A DNA stretch of 64,000 nt. Source: Sulfurospirillaceae bacterium. GTDB lineage: Bacteria > Campylobacterota > Campylobacteria > Campylobacterales > Sulfurospirillaceae. Below the pieces are notes generated by a model that searched no databases, was not told the DNA's origin, and was given only the letters and a program-made list of their open reading frames with translations. The position numbers and the translations under genes are program-made. The stretch is from positions 288,001-352,000 of the forward strand of contig JAWVXD010000001.1 of assembly GCA_033723415.1 (NCBI GenBank), read 5' to 3'. This document shows positions 10,742-19,198 of this stretch, piece after piece. How positions within the stretch are numbered: position 1 is the stretch's first letter; each line of letters opens with the position of its first letter.

Positions 10742-12174
10742 TAAAATATTTTGATTTATTTGTACATGTTTTTTTAGTATTGAGTTTAGGATATTATTTT
10801 ATAAGCTCTATGCAGTGGTACAGCTATAGACTTGAAAGAGTGATATTTCACTTCAATAGATATGAATGGCACTTTTATTTTTTTATTATTCCCGTATTTA
10901 TTTACTACATAAGCGGTAACTATTTTGGTATTTACTTCTTCCTGATATATCTCCCGACTCTTTATCTGTGGTATAGAAAATTAGATAAAAAACTGATATT
11001 TACTCCAAGAATAAAAAGATTTTTTGCATTCTTGTTATTGGCAACTATTTTCCAAGATATATTATGCTTTTTAAGTAGTGAATGTCGTATATTTGGTGTG
11101 ATTCTCCCTCTGTTTTTATCATATCTGGCTTCGTATTTGTACGAAAAAATCTTATTTTATGATTTTAAGAAAAGAGCACAAAGAAAACTCTACGCAAATC
11201 CAAAACTGAAGATCATTGCGATCACGGCAAGCTATGGGAAAACCAGTATCAAGAACTTTTTGTATGAAGTATTGTCTACAAAATATAAGGTATATAAAAC
11301 ACCAAGAAGCGTAAATACTCTAGGCGGAATCATAAAAGACATAAATGACAACCTAAGTGACGATATTGATTTTTATATCGTTGAAGCAGGAGCTAGGGCA
11401 AAAGGAGATATACAAGAGATCGCAAGGTTTATAAATCCTCATATCTCCATAGTAGGTCAAATAGGAGAACAGCACATAGAGTACTTTAAAACACTGCAAA
11501 ATATAAGAGACACCAAAATGGAACTCATACAGAGCGACAGGTTAGAGCAGGCTTTTATACATGAGAGTGCGATGGTAAAGAAAGAAGATAATATAACGTT
11601 CTTTGGTGAAAATATAGAAAACATCAGATCAACTCTTGATGGTATAGATTTTGACTTGCTGATAGATGAAAAACCATATGCTTTTCATTCAAATCTGCTT
11701 GGGGCTTTTAATGCCCACAATCTAGATGTCGTGATTAGATGCGCTTTATATCTGGGCTTCAAGATAGAGGAAACGCAAAAGTGCATAGCAAATATTTCAC
11801 AAGTCGAGCACAGACTGCAAAAGATAGAAGCCGGTGGCAAGATTATCATTGACGATAGCTACAATGGAAATCTATCAGGGATGATCGGTTCATATGAGCT
11901 TGTATCGCAATATGATGGCAGAAAAGTGATAATAACACCGGGTATCGTAGAAAGCGATGAAAAATCAAATATAACTTTAGCAAAAAAGATAGATGATGTT
12001 TTTGATTTGGCTATTGTCACATCAAAAGTAAACTCTAAAATATTGGATGAACATATAGTAAAGACAGAAAAAATAATATTAAAAGATAAAAGCAAGATAG
12101 AAGAAATTTTAAGTGAAAACACAAGAGTTGGAGATTTGATTCTTTTCTCAAATGATGCTCCAACTTTTATGTAA
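10738..12174 (+). CDS. murF: Mur ligase (MurF-like) with N-terminal membrane segment
   Basis: ITASYGKTS, VEAGAR, IIDDSYNGN. Confidence 0.75.
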   Translation: MIKYFDLFVHVFLVLSLGYYFISSMQWYSYRLERVIFHFNRYEWHFYFFIIPVFIYYISGNYFGIYFFLIYLPTLYLWYRKLDKKLIFTPRIKRFFAFLLLATIFQDILCFLSSECRIFGVILPLFLSYLASYLYEKILFYDFKKRAQRKLYANPKLKIIAITASYGKTSIKNFLYEVLSTKYKVYKTPRSVNTLGGIIKDINDNLSDDIDFYIVEAGARAKGDIQEIARFINPHISIVGQIGEQHIEYFKTLQNIRDTKMELIQSDRLEQAFIHESAMVKKEDNITFFGENIENIRSTLDGIDFDLLIDEKPYAFHSNLLGAFNAHNLDVVIRCALYLGFKIEETQKCIANISQVEHRLQKIEAGGKIIIDDSYNGNLSGMIGSYELVSQYDGRKVIITPGIVESDEKSNITLAKKIDDVFDLAIVTSKVNSKILDEHIVKTEKIILKDKSKIEEILSENTRVGDLILFSNDAPTFM

Positions 12175-12267
12175 TGTTTAAATTTTTTTTACATAGAAAA
12201 ATTTTTATTATATCTTTGTTATATTATTGTTATATTATTGTGAAAATATAATCAGGGGGTTGGTAAT

Positions 12268-14367
12268 ATGAAATCAGACAGTTTATATATCTCTTCGTTA
12301 GAAAAATCAGCAGGAAGCTTGATCATAACGATGGGTATAATGGAGCTACTCAAGGGGAAATTAAACAGGGTAGCTTTTTTTCGTCCGGTGATCTTAGATA
12401 CAAGAGTTCCGGACAATGATATCTCATTTGTTCTAGAGAAATACTCGTTAGATATGAAGTACGAGGATACATACGGTTTTAGCGTACATGAGGTAGAAAG
12501 TCTACTGGCAGAAAATAAATTTTCCTTTTTTATAGAGTCATTGTTGGAAAAATATAAAAAACTAGAAAATGAGTATGACTTTGTCGTTGTTGAAGGATTG
12601 AACAGCTCTTCTTTCTCTCAAACGGTTGATTTTGACATCAACTTGGCAATAGCACAAAATCTCGGTATACCATACGTCAGTATTTTAAAAGGCAAAGATA
12701 AAAGCGCTGAAGAGATATTGGATGAGATAACTATAGAAAGAGAAGCAATTAAAACATCAGGATGTGCTCATGTAGCTACCTTTGTGAATAGATTAGATTC
12801 AAAGATCATAAACAGACTGAAGGGTGATCTGATTTCTTCAGGGATGCAAGACTCTCCCGTTTACTTTTTAGAAGAACTAAAAGAGCTAGATACTCCGACA
12901 GTTTATGAAATCAAAAAAACTCTCAACTGTATGCAAATACTAGGAGAAGAAAAAGATCTTAGAAGAGTTGTAAGACAAAGTAAGATAGCTGCTATGAAGC
13001 TTGAAAACTTTTTAGAATACATAGAAGATGGCGATATGATCATTGTCCCAGGAGATAGATCTGATATCATCATAGGATCACTTGCATCTGTTTTTTCACA
13101 AAACTTTCCAAATATCTCCGGTATATTATTGACAGGAGGACTTCTGCCTCATAAATCTATAAAAAAATTATTTGATGGTTTTGATCACTGCAGCATGCCG
13201 ATTTTGAGTGTCGAAGAAGATACTTATACAACTGCTATGAAAGTCAAAGAAGTAAAAGCAACGATAACTCCTACAAGTGAAAGAAAGATAGCCCTTGCCA
13301 TGGGTCTTTTCTCTTCCAATGTAGACATAGGCTACCTCGGAAATAAAATAGTCTCAGACATTAGAAATGAAACGATAACTCCGATCATGTTTGAATTTGG
13401 CTTATTTGAGCGGGCTAGGGCAAACAAAAAAAGAATCGTACTGCCTGAAAGTGAAGATAACAGGATTTTGCGAGCTACAGAGATACTGCTTAGACGTGAT
13501 GTTGCAGACATAATCTTACTAGGCGATGAAAAACATATCTTAGAAAAAGCCTCTAAACTAGGTATTGATATATCAAAAGCCATATTTGTGGATCCAAAAA
13601 AATCAAAATTGATGGACAAATACGCAAAACTATTTTATGAGCTAAGAAAGAACAAGGGTTTGACCGAAGATGTTGCCAGACAGTCGATGGAAATGGACAG
13701 CTATTTTGCTACTATGATGGTTCACTGCGGTGATGCAGACGGTATGGTCTCAGGTGCGATTCATACAACTCAAGAGACTATAAGACCTGCATTGCAGATC
13801 ATAAAGACCAAACCTAGTGTTTCCATAGTCTCAAGTATATTTTTTATGTGCCTAGATACAAAAGTTCTAGTATACGGTGATTGCGCCGTGAATCAAGATC
13901 CAAATGCAGAACAACTAGCAGAGATCGCGATCACATCATCTAAAACAGCTTCGATGTTTGGCATAGAGCCAAAAGTTGCCATGCTCTCATATTCGACAGG
14001 AGATTCGGGCAAAGGAGAAGAGGTTGAGAAAGTCAGAAATGCTACTAAAATCGTACATGACAGAGAGCCTGAACTGCTTGTAGAAGGACCTATCCAATAT
14101 GACGCAGCGATCGATGCCAGTGTTGCACAAACAAAACTTCCTAACAGTAAAGTCGCGGGTAAAGCAACGATCTTTATATTTCCTGATCTAAACACAGGAA
14201 ATAACACATACAAAGCAGTACAACGAAGTTCAGGTGCCGTGGCGATTGGACCTGTTTTACAAGGTCTCAATAAACCGGTAAATGATTTAAGTAGAGGATG
14301 TTTAGTAGCAGATATAGTAAATACTGTGGCGATTACCGCAATTCAAGCAGGAGAGAATGATAAATGA
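12268..14367 (+). CDS. pta: phosphate acetyltransferase, long form with DRTGG-like domain
   Basis: IVPGDRSD/LLTGG domain plus PESED, GPIQYDAA, FPDLNTGN, PVNDLSRG. Confidence 0.96.
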   Translation: MKSDSLYISSLEKSAGSLIITMGIMELLKGKLNRVAFFRPVILDTRVPDNDISFVLEKYSLDMKYEDTYGFSVHEVESLLAENKFSFFIESLLEKYKKLENEYDFVVVEGLNSSSFSQTVDFDINLAIAQNLGIPYVSILKGKDKSAEEILDEITIEREAIKTSGCAHVATFVNRLDSKIINRLKGDLISSGMQDSPVYFLEELKELDTPTVYEIKKTLNCMQILGEEKDLRRVVRQSKIAAMKLENFLEYIEDGDMIIVPGDRSDIIIGSLASVFSQNFPNISGILLTGGLLPHKSIKKLFDGFDHCSMPILSVEEDTYTTAMKVKEVKATITPTSERKIALAMGLFSSNVDIGYLGNKIVSDIRNETITPIMFEFGLFERARANKKRIVLPESEDNRILRATEILLRRDVADIILLGDEKHILEKASKLGIDISKAIFVDPKKSKLMDKYAKLFYELRKNKGLTEDVARQSMEMDSYFATMMVHCGDADGMVSGAIHTTQETIRPALQIIKTKPSVSIVSSIFFMCLDTKVLVYGDCAVNQDPNAEQLAEIAITSSKTASMFGIEPKVAMLSYSTGDSGKGEEVEKVRNATKIVHDREPELLVEGPIQYDAAIDASVAQTKLPNSKVAGKATIFIFPDLNTGNNTYKAVQRSSGAVAIGPVLQGLNKPVNDLSRGCLVADIVNTVAITAIQAGENDK

Positions 14368-15560
14368 AGATATTAGTATTAAATAGCGGCAGTTCTTCTA
14401 TAAAATTTCAGCTTTTTGAGATGTTGCAAAACAAGTCTCTAGCTACAGGAATAGTAGAACAGATAGGTGAAAGCACAGCTCATGCAGAGATAAAATTTAA
14501 AGATCTATCGGGTAAAGATATAGAGATACAAGAAGATAGAGTTATCGCTAATCATAAAGAAGGACTTGATGTAGTCAACTCTCTTTTGATCATGACAGAA
14601 CTCATAGATAGCTTATCCAGCTTGGATGGAATAGGGCACAGAGTAGTTCACGGCGGAGTAAATCTATCGAAGCCTGTTATCATCGATGAGTATGTCATCA
14701 GTGAGATCAAGAGATTGATCCCTCTTGCACCGCTTCATAATCCGGCGCATTTGGACGGGATTATCAGCGCATTGGAGCATTGTCCCAAAGTCCCTCAAGT
14801 TGCTGTATTTGATACGGCATTTCATAGTACGATCCCTCAACATGCTTATATGTACGCGCTGCCTTATGAAGTATATATAGAAAATCGTGTCAGAAGATAT
14901 GGATTTCACGGTACTTCTCATCACTATGTTGCAAAAGAAGCGGCAAAGTTTCTAAATATTGATTATGATAAGCTCAATGCGATCACACTGCATCTAGGCA
15001 ACGGTGCGAGCATGAGTGCCATCAAAAACGGCAAAAGTGTCGATACTACTATGGGACTCACACCTCTTGAGGGCCTCATCATGGGAACAAGGTGCGGGGA
15101 TATCGATCCTGCGATCTTGCCGTATCTATCAAGGATGAAAGATATGAGCATTGGCGAACTAGATAATATGCTCAACAAAGAAAGCGGCTTAAAAGGCATC
15201 TGCGGCAACAATGACATGAGAACAGTCGGTGAGATGGCAGAATCAGGCGATGAGCGCGCAAAGCTAGCCTTAGATATGTTTAATTATCGTATCAAGAAAT
15301 ACATCGGCTCATATTCTGCCGTACTCGGTAGAGTAGATTGCTTGATATTTACAGGCGGTATCGGTGAAAACGACATAGATGTGCGAAAAAACAGCTGCTC
15401 TGATCTAGAAAATATGGGAATCTCCATAGATGAAACACTCAATAACCAAAGAGCAAAAAAAGCCATAGAAATAAGCGCAAAAGATAGCAAAGTCAAAGTC
15501 TTAGCAATCCCGACAAACGAAGAACTAGAAATCGCGCTGCAAGTAAAATCACTGATTTAA
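14364..15560 (+). CDS. ackA: acetate kinase
   Basis: LNSGSSSIK, GHRVVHGG, RRYGFHGTSH, FTGGIGEN, PTNEE. Confidence 0.98.
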   Translation: MKILVLNSGSSSIKFQLFEMLQNKSLATGIVEQIGESTAHAEIKFKDLSGKDIEIQEDRVIANHKEGLDVVNSLLIMTELIDSLSSLDGIGHRVVHGGVNLSKPVIIDEYVISEIKRLIPLAPLHNPAHLDGIISALEHCPKVPQVAVFDTAFHSTIPQHAYMYALPYEVYIENRVRRYGFHGTSHHYVAKEAAKFLNIDYDKLNAITLHLGNGASMSAIKNGKSVDTTMGLTPLEGLIMGTRCGDIDPAILPYLSRMKDMSIGELDNMLNKESGLKGICGNNDMRTVGEMAESGDERAKLALDMFNYRIKKYIGSYSAVLGRVDCLIFTGGIGENDIDVRKNSCSDLENMGISIDETLNNQRAKKAIEISAKDSKVKVLAIPTNEELEIALQVKSLI

Positions 15561-15575
15561 ATATGAATTTTTCAA

Positions 15576-15603
15576 GATGGAAGAGGGTCACTCCTCTTTC
15601 ATC
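15576..15603 (+). terminator. stem-loop after ackA, probable intrinsic terminator
   Basis: GATGGAAGAGG-gtcact-CCTCTTTCATC followed by T-rich sequence. Confidence 0.65.
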
Positions 15604-15639
15604 CTTAGTATTTTTTATTTGGTTTATATTGTATTTTAG

Positions 15640-15694
15640 AGATAACGTTTGATTTAAATTAAATCAAATATTTTATCCTTAATCTATCTTATCT
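15640..15694 (-). repeat. degenerate attC-like remnant at distal end of array
   Basis: Minus strand AGATAAG-ATAGATTAAGGATAAAATATTTGATTTAATTTAAATCAAAC-GTTATCT; AAC changed to AAG; shares sequence with the 59387-59455 site. Confidence 0.5.
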
Positions 15695-15730
15695 CGTTTT
15701 AGTTAAAACTACAAAATGCACTAGGGTGAC

Positions 15731-16279
15731 TTATCTCTCTTCCAAGGATTTGTTGTCTTCTGGATATTTAAAATCTAAATATGTGAATCCAAACTTACTT
15801 TTTAATCCAAAAATATCTATTTTTTGTCCTTTGTGTAATTTTAAATGTCTATTGCCTTTAAAGACATATACCGTATTAAATGGCTGGTTATAGTTTTTAA
15901 TTCTGATCTCTTCCCAAGCACCTCGCCTCATGACATGTTCGGAGACAACTTTTGTAATTTGTGTTTTTAATATATAAGGTTTTTTATCTGAAAGCAAATG
16001 TAAAACGACTATTGTTTCCCTATTGAAAAATAAATACAAAATAAATATCCAAAACACAATACCTATGACTGTTTTATAAAGCTTACCCTTTTTATTTTTA
16101 TACATCAATATCGCGCCATATATGTAAAATAAAGAGACAAAAGCTATAAATACATACTGCCATAAAGTATCTGTATATACTTCTTCAATGATAATATGAG
16201 AAAAAAAGTCAACGAGCAGAGTTATGGCTATCAAAATATAAAATAACGCAAAAGCTGGTAGGAAAATATATTTTTTTAT
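15731..16279 (-). CDS. hypothetical membrane protein (last cassette); start uncertain
   Basis: ORF track start is TTG 16234; the frame stays open to ATA 16279, which lies 7 nt after AGGA; about three hydrophobic segments. Confidence 0.6.
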   Translation of the reverse strand: MKKYIFLPAFALFYILIAITLLVDFFSHIIIEEVYTDTLWQYVFIAFVSLFYIYGAILMYKNKKGKLYKTVIGIVFWIFILYLFFNRETIVVLHLLSDKKPYILKTQITKVVSEHVMRRGAWEEIRIKNYNQPFNTVYVFKGNRHLKLHKGQKIDIFGLKSKFGFTYLDFKYPEDNKSLEER

Positions 16280-16295
16280 AATTTGTTCCTTTTAA

Positions 16296-16364
16296 AGATA
16301 ACGTTTAAAATGAGCCGATGAATTGCACGCAGGGCAATTTATTGGCTCCTCTGATTTGTTAACT
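16296..16364 (-). repeat. attC site (69 bp)
   Basis: Minus strand AGTTAAC...GAGCCAATAAATTGC-CCTGCGT-GCAATTCATCGGCTC...GTTATCT; overlaps the AbiV-like stop; stem closes with G-T pairs on the + (bottom) strand. Confidence 0.88.
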
Positions 16365-17036
16365 TTTTGCATGATGTACTTTATTCCATTTTCTAGACTT
16401 CAAACTTGTTTTGTATGACCATGTAAAAAGTATTGGATAGTCATTTTCATTAATAATGCCATCCATTTCCCAAACACCCCAATATCCATCATTTTTTGTA
16501 ACCAAATCATGTACCTCAAGAAATTCATGATTTAAGAGAGAAATCATCTGTTTTGCATTTGCTAGTTTTATTTTTTTCGTAGGAATCGACACCCTACTTG
16601 AAGTGTCAATTTTTCTCTTTGAACGCTCAAGTCCCACATAAATTGCTTCTTGCTTTTGAATTTCTAGTTTTTTCTCTTCTACCTTAGATACGAATGCAGG
16701 AGCATAGTCAAATATTTCACTTGCAATAAATGCGAATTGCTTTTTCGGATGCAAATACAATAGTTTTAACCAGTTTTGTTCAAATGTTACATACTCCTCG
16801 TATTCTGCATCACCTTCTTTTGGGAACCCATTATTTGTAATTGTTGAATAGTAATAATGGTCTACCCATTTAGCTTTTGCAAATTCTTCTAAAGCCAATA
16901 CTGAAAGTTGAAAAGCTGATGGAAAAGATTCATTGTTGTAAAGTAGGATTGAATCTTCATGCAATCGTAATGCATTACGCAAGGATTCTTCTGCAATCTT
17001 TTTGAACTTGTATTGACTTAATCCCTTCAAATTCAT
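16359..17036 (-). CDS. AbiV-family (HEPN) abortive infection protein
   Basis: SLRNALRLHEDSILLY...AFQLSVLALEEFAKA...HPKKQ...KQEAIYVG fits the AbiV/HEPN pattern; GAGG SD. Confidence 0.8.
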   Translation of the reverse strand: MNLKGLSQYKFKKIAEESLRNALRLHEDSILLYNNESFPSAFQLSVLALEEFAKAKWVDHYYYSTITNNGFPKEGDAEYEEYVTFEQNWLKLLYLHPKKQFAFIASEIFDYAPAFVSKVEEKKLEIQKQEAIYVGLERSKRKIDTSSRVSIPTKKIKLANAKQMISLLNHEFLEVHDLVTKNDGYWGVWEMDGIINENDYPILFTWSYKTSLKSRKWNKVHHAKS

Positions 17037-17052
17037 TACCTCTTTCTTGTAT

Positions 17053-17122
17053 AGTTAACGGTTGTCGTGAACAATAATTCTCCCGCTAGGGTAAATTATT
17101 GGTCTCCTCGTACTTGTTATAA
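17053..17122 (-). repeat. attC site (70 bp)
   Basis: Minus strand TTATAAC...CAATAATT-TACCCTAGCGGGAG-AATTATTG...GTTAACT. Confidence 0.88.
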
Positions 17123-17677
17123 ACCTTTTAATTTATAAGCATAGTGACTATTTTTAAAAGTTTCATTTACTAAGCCTTTTCTTGGTGATGTTTCAATGTC
17201 TTTGGACTCTATATCAATGTTTTTAAATTTAATTTTTTCATTAGTTTCTACCATAGCTAAAAAATCTTCTTTTGAAGATGGTTTTAATATATCTATTAAT
17301 TCATCAATAAATTTTGATTGTGAAAATTTCTTATTGCTTTCAATACAAATTACTTCTTTTATTAAAATGCCACCAAAACTTGTTCCATTGCCAAAAGTAA
17401 AATCTAAACCTTTATGCTTATAGTTTGGATTTATGCTAATTTTATGAAGGTACCATACTGCATTCAGTAATTGCCTGTTTTTTGCACGTTTGTATTTTAA
17501 AGCATGACTGTTTTCATCTTGATGATTAGTATTATTATAATAGTAAAACTCAATATTTGAGATTCTATATTTTTTCGAATTTACTAATAAAATATGTTCA
17601 TTCAAAATTTCATTTGCAATTCTGTAGAAATCTTGTTCAATTGTTTTTATACTTGTATCATTTATTGTTAAGTCCAA
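17117..17677 (-). CDS. hypothetical protein, probable AAG/MPG-like DNA glycosylase fold
   Basis: YRISNIEFYY..D..SH..WYLH..GGILIKEV..IETSPRKGL parallels MPG motifs GRIVETEAY..D.ASH..AYVY..AVLIRA..PRIGI; TTG start after AAGGA. Confidence 0.55.
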   Translation of the reverse strand: MDLTINDTSIKTIEQDFYRIANEILNEHILLVNSKKYRISNIEFYYYNNTNHQDENSHALKYKRAKNRQLLNAVWYLHKISINPNYKHKGLDFTFGNGTSFGGILIKEVICIESNKKFSQSKFIDELIDILKPSSKEDFLAMVETNEKIKFKNIDIESKDIETSPRKGLVNETFKNSHYAYKLKGL

Positions 17678-17692
17678 GAAGTTCCTTTTTGT

Positions 17693-17776
17693 TTATAACG
17701 GGGGCGCGGGTGAGTGACTGCCGTTGGAAAATCTTTGGATTTTCCAACGGTTGATTGCTCCTCCCGCTTGTTATCT
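17693..17776 (-). repeat. attC site (84 bp) of ORF-less cassette, copy A
   Basis: Minus strand AGATAAC-AAGCGGGAGGAGCAATCAACCGTTGGAAAATC...GATTTTCCAACGGCAGTCACTCACCCGCGCCCCC-GTTATAA. Confidence 0.85.
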
Positions 17777-17851
17777 GGTGCGAAGCTCCGGATGACTAGC
17801 GGGTGTTCAACCTGCGCCCCCGTTATCTCGGATGCGTAGCGTCCAAGATAA
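17699..17851 (-). mobile_element. ORF-less 153-bp structured cassette, copy A
   Basis: Begins (G)TTATCT, matching its own AGATAAC; no credible ORF; similar to 21504-21652. Confidence 0.8.
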
Positions 17852-17917
17852 CGTTTAAAATGAGCAATCAAAAAGCCGCTTGCGGGTTTTTGATTGGAGT
17901 GCAAGGTTTTGTTATGC
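17846..17917 (-). repeat. attC site (72 bp)
   Basis: Minus strand GCATAAC...CAATCAAAAACCCGC-AA-GCGGCTTTTTGATTG...GTTATCT; the distal 22 nt (CTCATTTTAAACGTTATCT region) match the 16296 site. Confidence 0.88.
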
Positions 17918-18679
17918 TTTTTTATTAAATAACAACTCAGTTTTTTTGGGGTCATAGCCACTACACTGGACACAATGTAAACAAAACAGAGGCGATTCAC
18001 CATATGTAAACTTGTTGAACTCAAAATCATTTTTCAAAGATTCTAGAATCAATTCTTTCGAATATGGAATCTTTGTTATTCTTGTATATACCATTTCTGG
18101 ATCTTTAACAACATCAAATGTGACTAAATCAATCTCATGAACTATTTTGGTTGCAACAACATTGTTATATTTTTCATTTTCTATATGGTCACATTCTTCA
18201 AAATTGCGTAAACATATGTTACATGTTCCATCAATACTGTTACAAGTAACTTCATTGTAGATATTGTTTGTGATATGCTCACATTCCAAAGGTTCTTTAC
18301 CACAGATTGAACATAAATATTTTTCAGTACCTCTCATACTGAAACCAAAATCATGATGTAAAAGTATATTTGGGCAGTCAGAGTAGTAGTTTTCACCATC
18401 AAATTTACATTGGCATTCATATTTTTCACATAATATTTCTCCAATTTTATGCATTTTTTTCGATATTTCTACTCTTTTGTCTCTATAAAACCAAAAACAA
18501 TTTAGATACTCTTTTAAAACGGATTGCAAATCTTTTTTAACATCATCACTTTTTTTGTTATTAATTTTTTCAATTAGGGCATTTACCTTTATTGAGCTAT
18601 CTTGCGCGACTTTTGGTGGGCTGTCACTATTTATTATCATCATGATTGCTTCAAATGCTGGCTGTTCTGATTTATGCAT
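17912..18679 (-). CDS. Cys/His-rich zinc-binding hypothetical protein with prohead-protease-like motifs
   Basis: Two tandem CxxC-x6-CxH-x5-Y units flanked by GFSMRG and LVTFDVVKDP; start overlaps the upstream stop. Confidence 0.6.
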   Translation of the reverse strand: MHKSEQPAFEAIMMIINSDSPPKVAQDSSIKVNALIEKINNKKSDDVKKDLQSVLKEYLNCFWFYRDKRVEISKKMHKIGEILCEKYECQCKFDGENYYSDCPNILLHHDFGFSMRGTEKYLCSICGKEPLECEHITNNIYNEVTCNSIDGTCNICLRNFEECDHIENEKYNNVVATKIVHEIDLVTFDVVKDPEMVYTRITKIPYSKELILESLKNDFEFNKFTYGESPLFCLHCVQCSGYDPKKTELLFNKKA

Positions 18680-19113
18680 TAGAAATCTTTTAGTGAGTCA
18701 AGTATAGTTTTAATCTCATTTTTATCACCTTCAATTTCTATTTCCACATATTTCCCATCTTTCTTTTTTTTTGTAAATCTTAATTTAATTATTGATTGAG
18801 TGTCAAAATTGTTTTTTATCCAATCATAAATAAAGCTCGACAATATTGAAAATGGAATACCAATGATTAAAGGTAAGATGACAGTTGCGTCTCTTAGAGA
18901 TAAATATTCATAACTTTCTCTCTTTACAACTATATTATTGACTTGATTTTGTTTTAGAACTTTATGTATATCAGGTGTGTACTCGTTGAGAATATCACTG
19001 CTTTCTGAGTATCCTTCTGGCATGATAAAAATTCCATTTTCTGTAAACTGAATATTTCTTTTCTTTAAAGTTTCAGCCACTTCATTAATATCAATGGTTA
19101 TTTCTTTAATCAT
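18679..19113 (-). CDS. small hypothetical protein with one hydrophobic segment
   Basis: VILPLIIGIPFSILSSFIYDWI segment; AAGGAG/AAGGA SD; first gene of a two-gene cassette. Confidence 0.75.
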   Translation of the reverse strand: MIKEITIDINEVAETLKKRNIQFTENGIFIMPEGYSESSDILNEYTPDIHKVLKQNQVNNIVVKRESYEYLSLRDATVILPLIIGIPFSILSSFIYDWIKNNFDTQSIIKLRFTKKKKDGKYVEIEIEGDKNEIKTILDSLKDF

Positions 19114-19140
19114 TTCCTTGCTCCTTTATTTCAACTCTTA

Positions 19141-19197
19141 GCATAACGGTTGACTTCACCAACAGGATTACCTGTTTGGTGCTAGGATTTGTTAGCT
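19141..19197 (-). repeat. attC site (57 bp)
   Basis: Minus strand AGCTAAC...CACCAAACAGG-TAAT-CCTGTTGGTG...GTTATGC. Confidence 0.88.
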
Positions 19198-19198
19198 T

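Noticed and set aside
17693..17852. Retron msr-msd or IS/MITE interpretation of the structured element
   Set aside because: No reverse transcriptase or transposase in the window and no target-site duplication; boundaries coincide with attC crossover points. A trans-acting enzyme cannot be excluded
17668..18030. 120-aa minus-strand ORF (and the 17557-17754 plus-strand ORF) spanning the structured element
   Set aside because: Crosses cassette boundaries and two attC sites, overlaps real genes and has no SD; likely open because the palindromes are GC-rich
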